Shown here: piece after piece, positions 52,867-64,000 of the stretch
Numbering within the stretch: position 1 is the first letter of the stretch
Layout of the letters: every line of letters starts with the position of its first letter
Source of the DNA: Macrostomum lignano
Taxonomy: Eukaryota
Reading direction: 5' to 3'
NCBI GenBank assembly: GCA_002269645.1
Contig: NIVC01000654.1
Span: 127,009 to 191,008 of the forward strand
DNA length: 64,000 bases
Notes under the pieces: generated by a model
What the model was told of the DNA's origin: nothing
The model's database searches: none
Seen by the model: the letters and a program-made list of their open reading frames with translations, nothing else
Made by a program: the position numbers and the translations under genes

Positions 52867-53469
52867 TTAGTTTTATAAAATTCTAAAAGTCTTCCACAAT
52901 TTTATCCCCTGCCGTCGATGGGGTGGGATGTAGCGTGGTTAAAGACGGCAAGGTTTATACAAACAGCGCATGCAATAAGATTAGTACTAAAAAACATGCA
53001 TGCTGCTACGGGGATGAGGGTTAGGCGCTCAAACCCATCAGTTTTACTCTGGTTGAGTTAGAGTATCTGGGGGAGGCCAGTTCAGAGTTATTTTACTGTC
53101 TTCGGTTGCTACGCCCCTCGGGGTTGGCCGTCGGTCTCTGGGTGCGCCGCAGCTCCTCCCCAGGAGCGGCCTCCGTGCAGGGCTCATATAATATTCTCCG
53201 GCCGGCCATCTCCAACCCGCATCGATCAATCTGCAGCTTTCACGAGCCCGCGATCTAGCTGAAATAGATGGTTACTGCTGTAGATTTTGTCATGCGCTGC
53301 TGCGCTCCACTGTGGGCCCCACTTGTTGCAGGATTCTATTGTCTTTTCATTTCATCCTGTATAACTGCCTTGCCTCTCTTATACTGCTCATATGCTTTAC
53401 CTCTTTAGTCTACTCTAGGAAATTTCTATGCTAAAGGAGATTTAGTGAGAATTAGGAATGGAGTCTTCC

Positions 53470-53945
53470 TTAATTACTTGACTCAGCTGCAGGGGGCCCC
53501 GTGCATCCGGATGCAGCGAAGAGGCGTTGCCGCCCATTCCGATAACCCCTGGCGAGCATAGGCAGCTGGTGTTGCGGTGTCGCCCAGGGAGATCCGGTGG
53601 TGCCGGTGTCCGCAGCGCGGTCCCCCTCCGGAGAGTCCAGAAGGTGGATGATCGCTCGCCCGGTAGTCCTTAGGTAGCCGACGAGCTGGCAGAGATTATC
53701 GGGCCTGAAAACGTACGTCGGAGAGGTCCCGGTTTGGGCCCGAGGTAGGTGAGCCTGTCCTGAGTAAAGGTGGGGCATTCACAGATGAAGTGCTCTCCAT
53801 TCTCAACACCGAAGAGGCAGACTGGGCATTCCTCGCTGCGGATTTTTCCCTGGAGGTGACGATGCCTAGCAAAAAAAGCGATGAATTCCGCCCTGATGTC
53901 GCAGTCGCGTCTTTGTCGCGGGATGAGGGGAGGCAACGCCCCCAT
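53470..53945 (-). mobile_element. 3' fragment of an R1/LOA-like LINE
   Basis: Minus frames give RHRHLQ...CPVCLFGVENGEHFICECPTFTQDRLTYLG and [15 protein letters not shown], paralleling the C-terminus of the 16830 ORF. GC-rich 3'UTR and AGTAATTAAG tail. Confidence 0.65.
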
Positions 53946-54249
53946 TTATGGCGGCGAAGAGCGCTTGGAATTGGGCACCGGGCCTGCTTCAGGGCGTGTG
54001 TTTGGGGCTCAGTCTGGCCCTCGGTATTCGACTACCCGTGACGGGGGTCGATGCTGGGGTTATATGGTTAGAGCCAACGCCGCAGTCAACAAGAACAACA
54101 GCAAGCGAGCGCAGATGTATCCCGTTGATGGAGTTGGGGAGCCTTTGTGAGAAACCCGAGGAAGCGCTGCAGTTCTGGGAATGGTGAAAGACGAGATGGA
54201 AGCAGTAGGAAGCGGAAGGGTGGAAGCAGGATATCTAAGCATCGTCACT

Positions 54250-54757
<508 letters not shown>

Positions 54758-56690
54758 CACTGGATCCAACACTGGAAGGTAGAACAATCTGTACCAAAAT
54801 CGGCAACACCACCGGGAAGTGGCGCCGCATCACCAGTGGAGTTCCCCAGGGAGCGGTGTGCTCCCCGGTTCTATTCCTCCTTTACGTCAATGATTGGACT
54901 GGCTTCCCTGAAACTGAAGTTCAACTTGGAGGATTCGCAGACGACCTCTGCCTATGGACTACAGACAGTAGCCTTCAGAACCTCACCAGTAAGCTGCAGA
55001 GCGCCCTGGACTTCATCGAAACCTGGACCAGAGACCTCCGCATCTCGGTTAATCCAGCTACAATAAAACCCAGGCGTGCCTCTTCTCTAGGAACCGGGCC
55101 GACTTTGACCGGCCACCTGATCTCCGTCTAGCCGGCACCCAACTTCGCTTCACGGAGTCGCTCAAATACCTCGGTATTTGGATTGACCGTAGACTCATCT
55201 TTGCTCAACAAGTCAAAACGGTCAAAGAAAAGATGGCCAAGCGCACCAACATCGTGAGAGCGCTAGCTCAAAGGAGCTGGGGCTGGGACCGCAAGCTGCT
55301 GATGCGTACGTACACCGCCATGGTCGAATCCGTCATATGGCACGCGGCTGCGGCCTGGCTACCTTGGCTATCCAAAAGCCGGTTGAACGAACTCGAACGG
55401 GCTCAACGGGCAGCGCTCAGAATCGTGGCCAGCCTCCCTAAATCCACTCCAGAGGAGGCCGTCTACCTCGAACTCGGAACCGTTCCCATTTCCGTTGAAG
55501 GACACAGAAGAGCCCTGCTGGCTGTCGAGAAGGCCCTCCGGCGGCCAGCCCACGACCCTTAGCGCAGCCTTTGCGAAGACCAAGGCCGGCGCAGGCTCAA
55601 AGCCAACAAAGGTCTCCGGGATCAAGCCAAGCTGGAATCCGAGCAGATTCTGCATTGCCCACGCCGGGAATCGAACTGGATCAGAAACAAGCCCTGGCTT
55701 CCGAGAATCGAGGATCGGGTCACCCTTTGCGAACACCTGACTCAGCCGATCTCCAGGAACGATCCGCCAGAGACCAGGCGGTCGGCGACGGAAGACACCA
55801 TTAAATCATGGGGCGACCGCAAGATCCACTATTTCACCGACGGATCTGCATCCGAAGGAACGGAGAATGGAGGGGCAGCCTGTGTGGCGGTCGCCCCTAC
55901 TTCGGGCCAGGTGGTTTGGATTGAGGGAGCTGCTACCGGGCGCTGGTGTAGCTCGTTCCAAGCTGAACTCTCAGCTCTGCACCTCGCCCTGGACCACATC
56001 CTTGAGACTAAGCAGGACTCTGCCCTGATCCTCACCGACAGCCAATCGGCCATTGCGGCGCTCAAAGGTCGGCAGCACTCCCTGAACCCTCTGCTCGAGT
56101 CGCTCAAGCGCAAGCTGACGCAGGTGGAGAGCCACGCCGACGTGGTCCTGCAGTGGATCCCAGGTCATTCTGGGACTCCCGGTAACGAGAGAGCCGACAC
56201 CGAGCCAAAGAACGCCTGTCTGCTCCCCAGGACCTTCTAGGGATCGACATCGAGGCCGCCCGAAGCCGCATACGCCGTCTCATCAACTATAAGCCTCTCC
56301 TGAATGACCGGCTGAAGCGGGTCTACAGCAAGACCCCCTCGATGCCTGCTCGCCCTCGCGCGCTTCAGGTTTCCATAGCTCAAATGCGTGCCGGTCACGA
56401 TCCTTCTACGGCGTACTATCAGCACCGAATAGGCACTAGGGAGGATAGCAGATGCCTCCGGTGCGACCTCTTAGAAGACAAGGACCACTTCCTCGAATGT
56501 CGGAGCTCGGCACGCGACGGACCTACACCAACTGGAGGACTTGGCCGATGGCGATCTGGTGGCTAGGTTCTTGGACTGCCTGCATAGGCAGCCCTAGACC
56601 ACCTTCCGCAAACAACAACAAGAACAGCAGCAGCAACAACTTCAGCAACGACAAAAACAGCAGTCCATTTCGAACATCAACAACAGGGGT
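54758..56690 (+). mobile_element. 5'-truncated, disabled RT-RNase H LINE (Ingi/I-group-like) with a (CAA)n tail
   Basis: GVPQGAVCSPVLFLLYVND, FADDL, KYLGIWID; RNase H FTDGSA, AELSAL, LTDSQSAI, WIPGHSGTPGNERAD; CLRC..HFLEC. Stops at 55129 and 55560 plus frameshifts. Confidence 0.85.
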
Positions 56691-56699
56691 TTGAGTTGT

Positions 56700-57064
56700 C
56701 TGAAAACCACGAGTTCTGGGACCGCAAAACTCCCTGGCTGCAGCTACCCAGAAAGTCCGAGGTTTCCATCAACCAGCCAATTGCAGCATTCTGGCGGCCG
56801 CCACCCGCCACCGGCTCGGCATGTCCGATAAACTGCTGTGCCCGGACTGCGGGACCCGGACACCGAGCACCACCTACTTTTTGAATGCCCGGGGGACACC
56901 GGCCCACCCGGTCGGCCGTGAGCTACTTCTGAACGACGCGTCGGCAAGGACTACCACACTACTACTACGTTGCTTTAGTTGTCCTTGCGCGTCGGTTGTA
57001 CTCACGCTCCTTCGAGGACTAACGTCCCCGCCCCTCGCAGCATCGCTGACTTTGGGGCGTGCGC

Positions 57065-57120
<56 letters not shown>

Positions 57121-57159
57121 TGTCAACAACGACATCAGCAACATCAGCAACAATAGCAG

Positions 57160-57194
<35 letters not shown>

Positions 57195-57205
57195 GCAGCA
57201 ACAAA
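56700..57205 (+). mobile_element. another LINE 3' fragment (RHRLGMSDKLLCPDCG..EHHLLFECP) followed by (GA)~24 and (CAA)n
   Basis: C-terminal zinc-finger motif across a frameshift, plus a microsatellite tail. Confidence 0.5.
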
Positions 57206-57742
57206 ATGCGCTGTCAGGGTTCTTAGAAAGCAGCGTCACAGGGCGCGCCTCTGTGACAAGTCGCGAACGAAGGCCACGCCGCCGACAAAATCCGGGACGC
57301 TGCGCGGCGTCAGCCAGCATGCAGGAATTCAGCGCCTGTCCCCGTCGGTAGGGTTGCCTGCAGAGAGTCAGTAGCAGCAACACCTCCCTGACTCGGTTCG
57401 GTGATATACAGCTAATTTACCAGCGCTAGTGCCAACAGTGCTTTTGCATAACAGTCGTAACAAGGATGAGGGAAAAAGTAAGCTTAGCGATGGCGCTCCT
57501 TGCATTGACCCACCAGCTCCAATAAAAGTTAAAAAAAACCAATTCACTTCTGCTATGTTGCCGATTGAAAGAAACCAAGTTTAAAACTTGTTTTATTAAT
57601 TTATTTAAAATAAAATTTTCTGGATTTAAGTCATCGGACGACTGAACGATACAAACAATAATTAGATTGTAAATGTAGGTTAAGATTTATAAAAAAGTGT
57701 TTCTCATGTTAACTTTTAATCAAGCTGGTTAAATTCACAGGC

Positions 57743-58489
57743 TCAATCAAATGGTGACAGGCATTCGCACAAGCCACCTCTCAAGTTCGTCTTCGGTGCG
57801 TCACCCAACTGCATGCGCCCAAAAATGGCGTCTTCGATTCCGCCGGAATTGTCAGGCTCGCCACTACCCCAGAAGCTGGCATTCACTGTGATGCTGCAGG
57901 TGACCCAGCTCCAGCCTCCGTCGGGCTCAACACTCCCGGCAGCCTGAAGGCCGCTAAGCCACATCGACAGGCCACCAGTGAAGTTGTGAACGGAGTAAAG
58001 CTGTCCGATATGCGACATCTCAGCGCTGCTGGTCACATCGGCCATGATCACCAAGCCGCTGGTCGACTCGCAAGCCTGCCTCTGAGTAGTCCAAAGTGCA
58101 CGTGTCAGCAAGGCCTTGTACTTCACACCGCACAGGTCCATGGCGTAGCCTGACGGACACAGCGCGCCCGGCTCGAGTCCTGGCTGCTGCTTCACGAACA
58201 CCCGGCCTCTCCTGGAGCAGCCGCAGTCCCTCACCGACTTGCTGCACTTGTGGAACACGAACAGCTGGCACGGACCGTCAGCCAGGCTGAAGGCCTGACA
58301 GCGCTGGTCATTGTTGCACAAATCCGCGCACAGGATGTCGGACGTGATGCCCGACACTGTAGTCTGGTACTCGGGCCGGATGCAGAGGAATCCGTGCCTT
58401 GGATGGTAAAAACTTCCTGACGCGCTGTGCCACAGGAGGAGTGGCAGCATGAGCAGCTGGAGGCGAACTCTGATGATGCCGATCCGCAT
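57743..58489 (-). CDS. secreted PAN/apple-like + C-type lectin domain protein, 248 aa, single exon
   Basis: Hydrophobic signal peptide (LQLLMLPLLLWHSASG). CADLCNNDQRCQAFS is PAN-like. CTLD motifs CPSGY, QRQACES..LA.V, WLSG, WSW, FWGSGEPDNSGG.ED and LCE. Confidence 0.8.
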   Translation of the reverse strand: MRIGIIRVRLQLLMLPLLLWHSASGSFYHPRHGFLCIRPEYQTTVSGITSDILCADLCNNDQRCQAFSLADGPCQLFVFHKCSKSVRDCGCSRRGRVFVKQQPGLEPGALCPSGYAMDLCGVKYKALLTRALWTTQRQACESTSGLVIMADVTSSAEMSHIGQLYSVHNFTGGLSMWLSGLQAAGSVEPDGGWSWVTCSITVNASFWGSGEPDNSGGIEDAIFGRMQLGDAPKTNLRGGLCECLSPFD

Positions 58490-58977
58490 GATTCAGCAGT
58501 CAGAGCTGCAGCAAGCAGCAAACAGTCTGTAGAAGAAGCAGCTGGCTTTTAATTGGCTTGCCGTCCAATAGGAAGATGGCGGTACAAAAAATTTGCTTCG
58601 TCGTCTCTCTATAGCTTAGTTACTGCTCACTCCGAGAAAGGTAGGCAAGGTTTGTATGTGGCGTTTCTTTTCCGTCAGCTAAACTTCAATAATTCATGTT
58701 CGCACACAAGCCATACAAGCTTTTGCCGCTTTAGGGTGGGAAAATTCATGCAAGCCTTCGCCAAAAAACTGGCAAAGCTTGCAACTGCATAAGGCATGCA
58801 CTTTCCGTCTTTGTGAGAAAAACTTTTTAGGTCTTTTTATGTAACTTTTTAAATGAGGAATTGAGTGGAGGAACAATGACAGCACCTTACTATTCAATAC
58901 AGCGGAAAAAACAATGCATGTTTCGTATGCTTGAGTGAGCCATTGCGTAGCGGCTGTATTGTTCAGACACGGCCGCT

Positions 58978-59180
58978 CTCGATGGTGGGACACGGGATTT
59001 CTATGGTGGGACACGGGATTTCTATGGTGGGACACGGGATCTCGATGGTGGGACACGGGATTTCTATGGTGGGACACGGGATCTCGATGGTGGGACACGG
59101 GATCTCGATGGTGGGACACGGGATTTCTATGGTGAGATACGGGATCTCGATGGTGAGACACGGGATCTGGATGGTGGGAC
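58978..59180. repeat. 21-bp minisatellite (GATGGTGGGACACGGGATCTC), ~10 copies
   Basis: Direct inspection. Confidence 0.95.
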
Positions 59181-59422
59181 ATACATGTAGGTCTTGAATG
59201 TTAAAAAAATAACTTGATGCATCATTAATTATTCACGATACGATCGCTATAGCTGATTCAGATATTAGTACGAGTATTCTACGGTTAACTAAATATCCTA
59301 GCTCGTAGAAGGTTGGCATACTTTTTTAACTCAAGGGCCAGATATAGAATCTAGCGTATGACTGCGGGCGAAAGGGAAGAGAAGAGAGAATGAGAAACAA
59401 GAAGGGAGATGAGAGGGGAGAG

Positions 59423-59700
59423 GTGATGGAGTGACCAGTGTGACTGATCAGGGTGATGGAGTGACCAGTGTGACTGATCAGGGTGATGGAGTGACCAGTG
59501 TGACTGATCAGGGTGATGGAGTGACCAGTGTGACTGATCAGGGTGATGGAGTGACCAGTGTGACTGATCAGGGTGATGGAGTGACCAGTGTGACTGATCA
59601 GGGTGATGGAGTGACCAGTGTGACTGATCAGGGTGATGGAGTGACCAGTGTGAGAGATCAGGGTGATGGAGTGACCAGTGTGACTGATCAGGGTGATGGA
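59423..59700. repeat. 30-bp minisatellite (GTGATGGAGTGACCAGTGTGACTGATCAGG), ~9 near-perfect copies
   Basis: Direct inspection. Confidence 0.95.
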
Positions 59701-60171
59701 TAGGACACGCAAAACACGGAGAGAAGAAATAGTTTGAAAACACAAAAATTTAAACAAAATAAACAGTTGAAAAACTTCAACAGTTTTATTATTTATTTTT
59801 TATTCTCAAAACACGAAACGCAACAGGGACAGAAATGCAGCTTTTTATTGTGTAAATACCAAAAGAACAGTACGCACTTTTGTGTAACTTATTACGAGCT
59901 AGATAAGATAAGAACAGTAGCAAAAGGTACAAATTGCTAATTAAATTAACAATTAACTATTAGCCAATATGTCGGGCAGCATACCAAATTAAATAATACA
60001 ACTGGTTTAATAGAAAATTTTAATTAACTACAATCGTTAGCTAACTACTGTAAGTAACACAGTAGGATACGGAATACGAAACGCAAAAAATGAAAAAGAA
60101 GAATTAATTCAAATTTAATTTTGCGGAAGTGAATTCAGTTTTTATGGCGGATCAAGACAATGGATGGCGCA

Positions 60172-60495
60172 TCATCGCGGATGCAGCTCTTCAACTTTGC
60201 GCCGATGAATTTCCGAATGCCCCGAGCCGGCCGGGTCGCTCTGCACGCGGAAGAAATGATCGACAAACTCCGACCGGCCCAGCAGTTCAACGAACTCTTC
60301 GTCGTGGGTGATGACAATCATGTGAAAGTTGAGCTGCTGGGTGGCCCGAGTTCGAATGATTTCGCTAAGCGAATTGGCCAGGCTTTCGATGTTCTCCCGG
60401 TCCAGATTGGTTGTGGGCTCGTCCAGTGCCAGGATGCCGCAGTTGTGACAGAAGGCCTCGGCCAGGGCCAGCCGCACTATCAGCGAGCACAGGAC
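60172..60495 (-). CDS. RAD50: DNA repair ATPase Rad50, last coding exon
   Basis: Acceptor AG at 60497-60496. RLALAE, Walker B ALDEPT, D-loop NLD, H-loop ITHDEEF. TGA at 60174-60172. Confidence 0.95.
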   Translation of the reverse strand, partial: VLCSLIVRLALAEAFCHNCGILALDEPTTNLDRENIESLANSLSEIIRTRATQQLNFHMIVITHDEEFVELLGRSEFVDHFFRVQSDPAGSGHSEIHRRKVEELHPR

Positions 60496-60694
60496 CTGTC
60501 GGGGGTAGGGGAGGGGCAGTTGAATAGTGCTTTGCGATCTTGTTAACCTTAACACAAAAACAAAAAAATTTAGAAATTTTAGTACTTAAGATACCCCTGA
60601 ATCCCTACTTGTTTAACTATTTAGCTGCTGAACGCTACTAAAAGTAGCGTAAATGTGCAACTTAGAAAAGCTTCTTTATAAATTTAACACGCTA

Positions 60695-60993
60695 ATAGCG
60701 TCGAACTTTAGAGGTCGGGGGTTCGATTTTCGACCCACTTGGAACAATTTGTGTCCTTAAGCAAGACACTTAACTCTTCATTGCTTCAGTTTATTCAGCA
60801 GTAAAATTGTTGGTCATCAGATCAGGTGCCAGCAATAGCTGGGGTAATTGAGGGTGTGTGTGGCGACCCCCCAGTCCCTGGACTGAACAGCCGTACGCAG
60901 CCATCAGATGCGCAGCGCAATAGCTGCGGCTGACCTGTCGGTTGCACATCTGCCCATTAAAGCAGGTGTAATCAATTATTATTACTATTATTA
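60695..60993 (+). mobile_element. tRNA-derived SINE with a CORE-like central domain and (ATT)n tail, in a RAD50 intron
   Basis: B box GGTTCGATT at 60720. TGTGTCCTTAAGCAAGACACTTAACTCTTCATTGCTTCAGTTTATTCAGCAGTAAAATTG (60750-60809) resembles the MIR/CORE consensus as I recall it. Ends in TTATTATTACTATTATT. Confidence 0.6.
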
Positions 60994-61185
60994 TCTATGG
61001 ATACTGAACACTACTAAAAGTAGTGTGAATACGCTACTGAATATCAGCATAATCACAAAACTCAATAATTGCTATATAATACGCCAACTTAAACAGTTGA
61101 TAATTTTGCGTTTAAAAGTACATTCAGATTCATTTTGTACTTTTACGGGCTACTTGAACTATACTGGCCAGCTGACAATACTGAC

Positions 61186-61485
61186 TTTTTGTCCAGCGGA
61201 GCATCTGCCTCGCATGTCCATCTCAGCTCCGGATTTGCACATCACCACCCGATAATTGTACTGCCGGCGCGACTTTGTCACTCCGGAGGTGTCTTCGTCT
61301 GAGCGGATCTCGATGTAGTCAATGTCCGAGCCGCGGTAGGTGGCCCGCCACAGGTCGCGAATCAGCTTGTTCACCTCCGTCATCTTCTCCGTGTGGTACT
61401 GGCAGATGGCCCAGTCAAGGGCCTTGTAGTAAGTGGCCAAGTCCTGCGAGCACATGTCCTTGATGCGGGACTCCGTTAGCTTTTT
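61186..61485 (-). CDS. RAD50: Rad50 internal exon (signature motif [10 protein letters not shown])
   Basis: AG acceptor 61487-86, GT donor 61185-84, phase 0. YYKALD..I..YH..KM.E.N..IRDLW..TY.G.DID.IEI. Confidence 0.95.
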
Positions 61486-61552
61486 CTGGGAAGGTTTTGA
61501 GTTGGCTTGCTATGATCAGTAGGAGATGGAAAGATGGACAGAAGAATACAAT

Positions 61553-61577
61553 TGACAGACAGACAGACAGACAGACA

Positions 61578-61653
<76 letters not shown>

Positions 61654-61668
61654 CACACAGACAGACAC

Positions 61669-61703
<35 letters not shown>

Positions 61704-61800
61704 TTGACAGACATTGACAGACAGACAGACAGGCAGATAGACAGACAGACAGACAGACAGACAGGCAGACAGACACACAGACAGACATACAGACAGACAC

Positions 61801-61835
<35 letters not shown>

Positions 61836-61892
61836 TTGACAGACAGACAGACAGGCAGATAGACAGACAGACAGACAGACAGACGGACACAC

Positions 61893-61939
<47 letters not shown>

Positions 61940-62044
61940 GGCAGATAGACAGACAGACAGGCAGATAGACAGACAGACAGACAGACAGACAGGCAGACAG
62001 ACATACAGACAGACAGACACACAGACAGACATACAGACAGACAC

Positions 62045-62107
<63 letters not shown>

Positions 62108-62154
62108 GGCAGACAGACAGACAGACAGACAGACAGACAGGCAGACAGACAGAC

Positions 62155-62193
<39 letters not shown>

Positions 62194-62195
62194 CA

Positions 62196-62256
<61 letters not shown>

Positions 62257-62257
62257 A

Positions 62258-62302
<45 letters not shown>

Positions 62303-62353
62303 GGCAGGCAGACAGACAGACATACAGACAGACAGACAGACAGACAGGCAGGC

Positions 62354-62386
<33 letters not shown>

Positions 62387-62410
62387 CACAGACAGACAGA
62401 CAGACAGACA
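61553..62410. repeat. ~860-bp (CAGA)n/(CA)n microsatellite filling a RAD50 intron
   Basis: Direct inspection. It explains the (VCLS)n and (DRQT)n ORFs. Confidence 0.97.
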
Positions 62411-62413
62411 TAC

Positions 62414-63070
62414 CTGGTACTTCTCGCCGGCCGATCTAAACAGCTCTTTATCCAGGTCTTTCTCCAGCTCGCGCACCTGGCCGTTCAGCTCGCAGCGCCG
62501 GGTCTCCAAGCGGCTTCGCTCCTCGCGCAGCGCCTCCTCCTCGCGCCGCATTCGCGGATAGCGCTGCCTGGCATCGGCGCCGATGTTGAGCGCCGCAAGC
62601 TGCGCCGTCTGGGCCGTCAGCTCGGCGTCCAGACAGGACAGGCGGGCCTCCAGCTGGCGCACTCGCCGGCAAGCTTCCAGATCTTTGCGCTCGGCGTCGC
62701 GCGCATACTTGGCGCGCCGTTCAGAGTCGAGCAGCTCGGCTAGTCGCGCCGCCTGGGCTGCGGCAGCCTCCCTGGAAGCGGCCAGGCCAGCCTGGCGCCG
62801 AGTCTGCCGCTCGAGACGGCGCACGGCTTCCCCGTCGGCGCCGGCCGAAGCGGCCTCGCGACGAAGCGCCTCCAGCCGGGACCGGTCGGTGGCGGCCGCC
62901 TCCCAAGCCGCTGACGCGGCGGCAGCTTCATGGCGCTGCTGTCGGCGGAGCTGGTCGCGCTCGGCCTCGAGTTCGGCCACGGCGGCTTCGAGTCGGGGCA
63001 CCACCGTGCGGCCATCGGCTTCGGCGCGGGACGAAGCCTCGGTTGATTCGGCCTCCAGCCGGGATGCCTC
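62414..63070 (-). CDS. RAD50: Rad50 coiled-coil exon (219 codons)
   Basis: AG acceptor 63072-71 and donor CAG|GTATGT at 62413. Joins in frame (EKYQ|[10 protein letters not shown]). Heptad-rich Ala/Arg/Glu sequence. Confidence 0.9.
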
Positions 63071-63119
63071 CTGCGGTAGCCGGTGGGTAGGGAAAGGTTT
63101 AGCATGGGTATGGTAATTT

Positions 63120-63510
63120 AATTTGGGTAATTACTAGAGGAATACTATGTCAAGGGAGTTACGTTAGGGGAATTACTTCAGGTGAAGAATATCAGGGGAA
63201 ATTACAGGAGGCAATAATAAGTGTAAGGAATTACTATGGGGTATTATGTGAAGGGAATTACTAGAGGGGGATTGTGTAAAAGGAATCACTAGAGGGATAT
63301 TTTGTGAATAATTACTAAAGGGATATTATGTGAAGCCGAAGGGAATTACTAGAGGAGTATTACGTTAAGGGAACTACGTGAGGGAAACTACTTCAGGGGA
63401 AGAATGAGATGAATTAATGTATGAGCAGGGAATTACGCGAGGGGAATAACGTGGGGAGGATTATGAGGGAAATTATCTAAAGGGAATCAAATGAGGAGAA
63501 TTATGTGAGG
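63120..63510. repeat. degenerate purine-rich GGGAATTAC repeat in a RAD50 intron
   Basis: Recurrent GGGAATTACT/GGGAAATTAC motifs. Confidence 0.6.
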
Positions 63511-63571
63511 GGTGAGAAGAATATCAGGCTTGTCTGAGGGAGATAATTATTTGACTAGTTCTCTCTCTTAC

Positions 63572-64000
63572 CTGAGTCAGCCTGGCCGCATCTCGAAGCT
63601 TCTCCTCGGCTGTCAGCCGCTCGGAGCGCAATTTGTTCACCGATTCGAGCGCCGATTGGCGCCGTTCTGCGCGCTGTTCGGCAGCTTGACGCGCCGAGCG
63701 CGCCTCAGCCGAAGCGGCATCGTAGGCGGCTTTCACTTTGCGCCGGCTGTCCTGCAGAGCCGCCAGACCGTCGCCCTCGCCGTCGCCCTGATCGTCGCCG
63801 TTGTCACTAACGCGGCATCGTTCGGCGAGTCCGTCGGCTTCTAGCGCCAGACTTTCCATAGCGCGCACGTCGGATTCTAGCGCCTGACATCTGGCGCTAA
63901 TCTGGCGCCGTTCAACCGCTAGCTTCTCCAGTTCGGCGATTGCGCGTCGAGACTCGGCTAGGCGCGACTCGGTGGCGCTGAGTTTCTCCGACAGTTTTGG
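63572..64000 (-). CDS. RAD50: Rad50 coiled-coil exon, continues beyond the right window edge
   Basis: Stop-free from 64000 to donor CAG|GTAAGA at 63571. Phase-0 join to the 63070 exon. Confidence 0.8.

Noticed and set aside
61415-63004. 529-aa ORF as a single Rad50 exon
   Set aside because: The middle is the (TCTG)n intron bounded by canonical GT (62413) and AG (61486); splicing restores the Rad50 alignment.

Overview
Eukaryotic (metazoan invertebrate) genomic DNA. It has spliceosomal introns, GC- and Ala-rich exons, minisatellite-filled spacers and TTAGGG repeats; a flatworm such as Macrostomum is my guess, not something I can prove. Host genes: the 3' part of an unknown low-complexity protein (2..1081), a two-exon LIM-only gene (LMO1/3-like), tRNA-Val(CAC), a single-exon secreted PAN + C-type lectin gene, and the last four exons of RAD50. 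About 70% of the window is repeats. (i) At least 12 unrelated minisatellites; these explain almost all repetitive ORFs in the track. (ii) A ~26 kb nest (15.2-41.1 kb) of a non-autonomous Helitron-like element with head-to-tail CTAG|TC junctions and a 30-bp satellite cargo. (iii) An open-ORF RT-RNase H LINE inserted in that satellite with a 16-bp TSD. (iv) A second ~3.17 kb tandemly duplicated element, one copy interrupted by an apparently intact, intron-containing hAT transposon with an 8-bp TSD. (v) A graveyard of decayed LINEs at 51.3-57.2 kb. (vi) A MITE and a CORE-like SINE. The most striking detail is a 38-bp micro-inversion between 6-bp inverted repeats (51731-51780). Flipping it back creates an ATG and a canonical 2A/StopGo peptide (MHQLTALLLLGAGDVETNPG|P) at the start of a PHD-bearing retrotransposon ORF.
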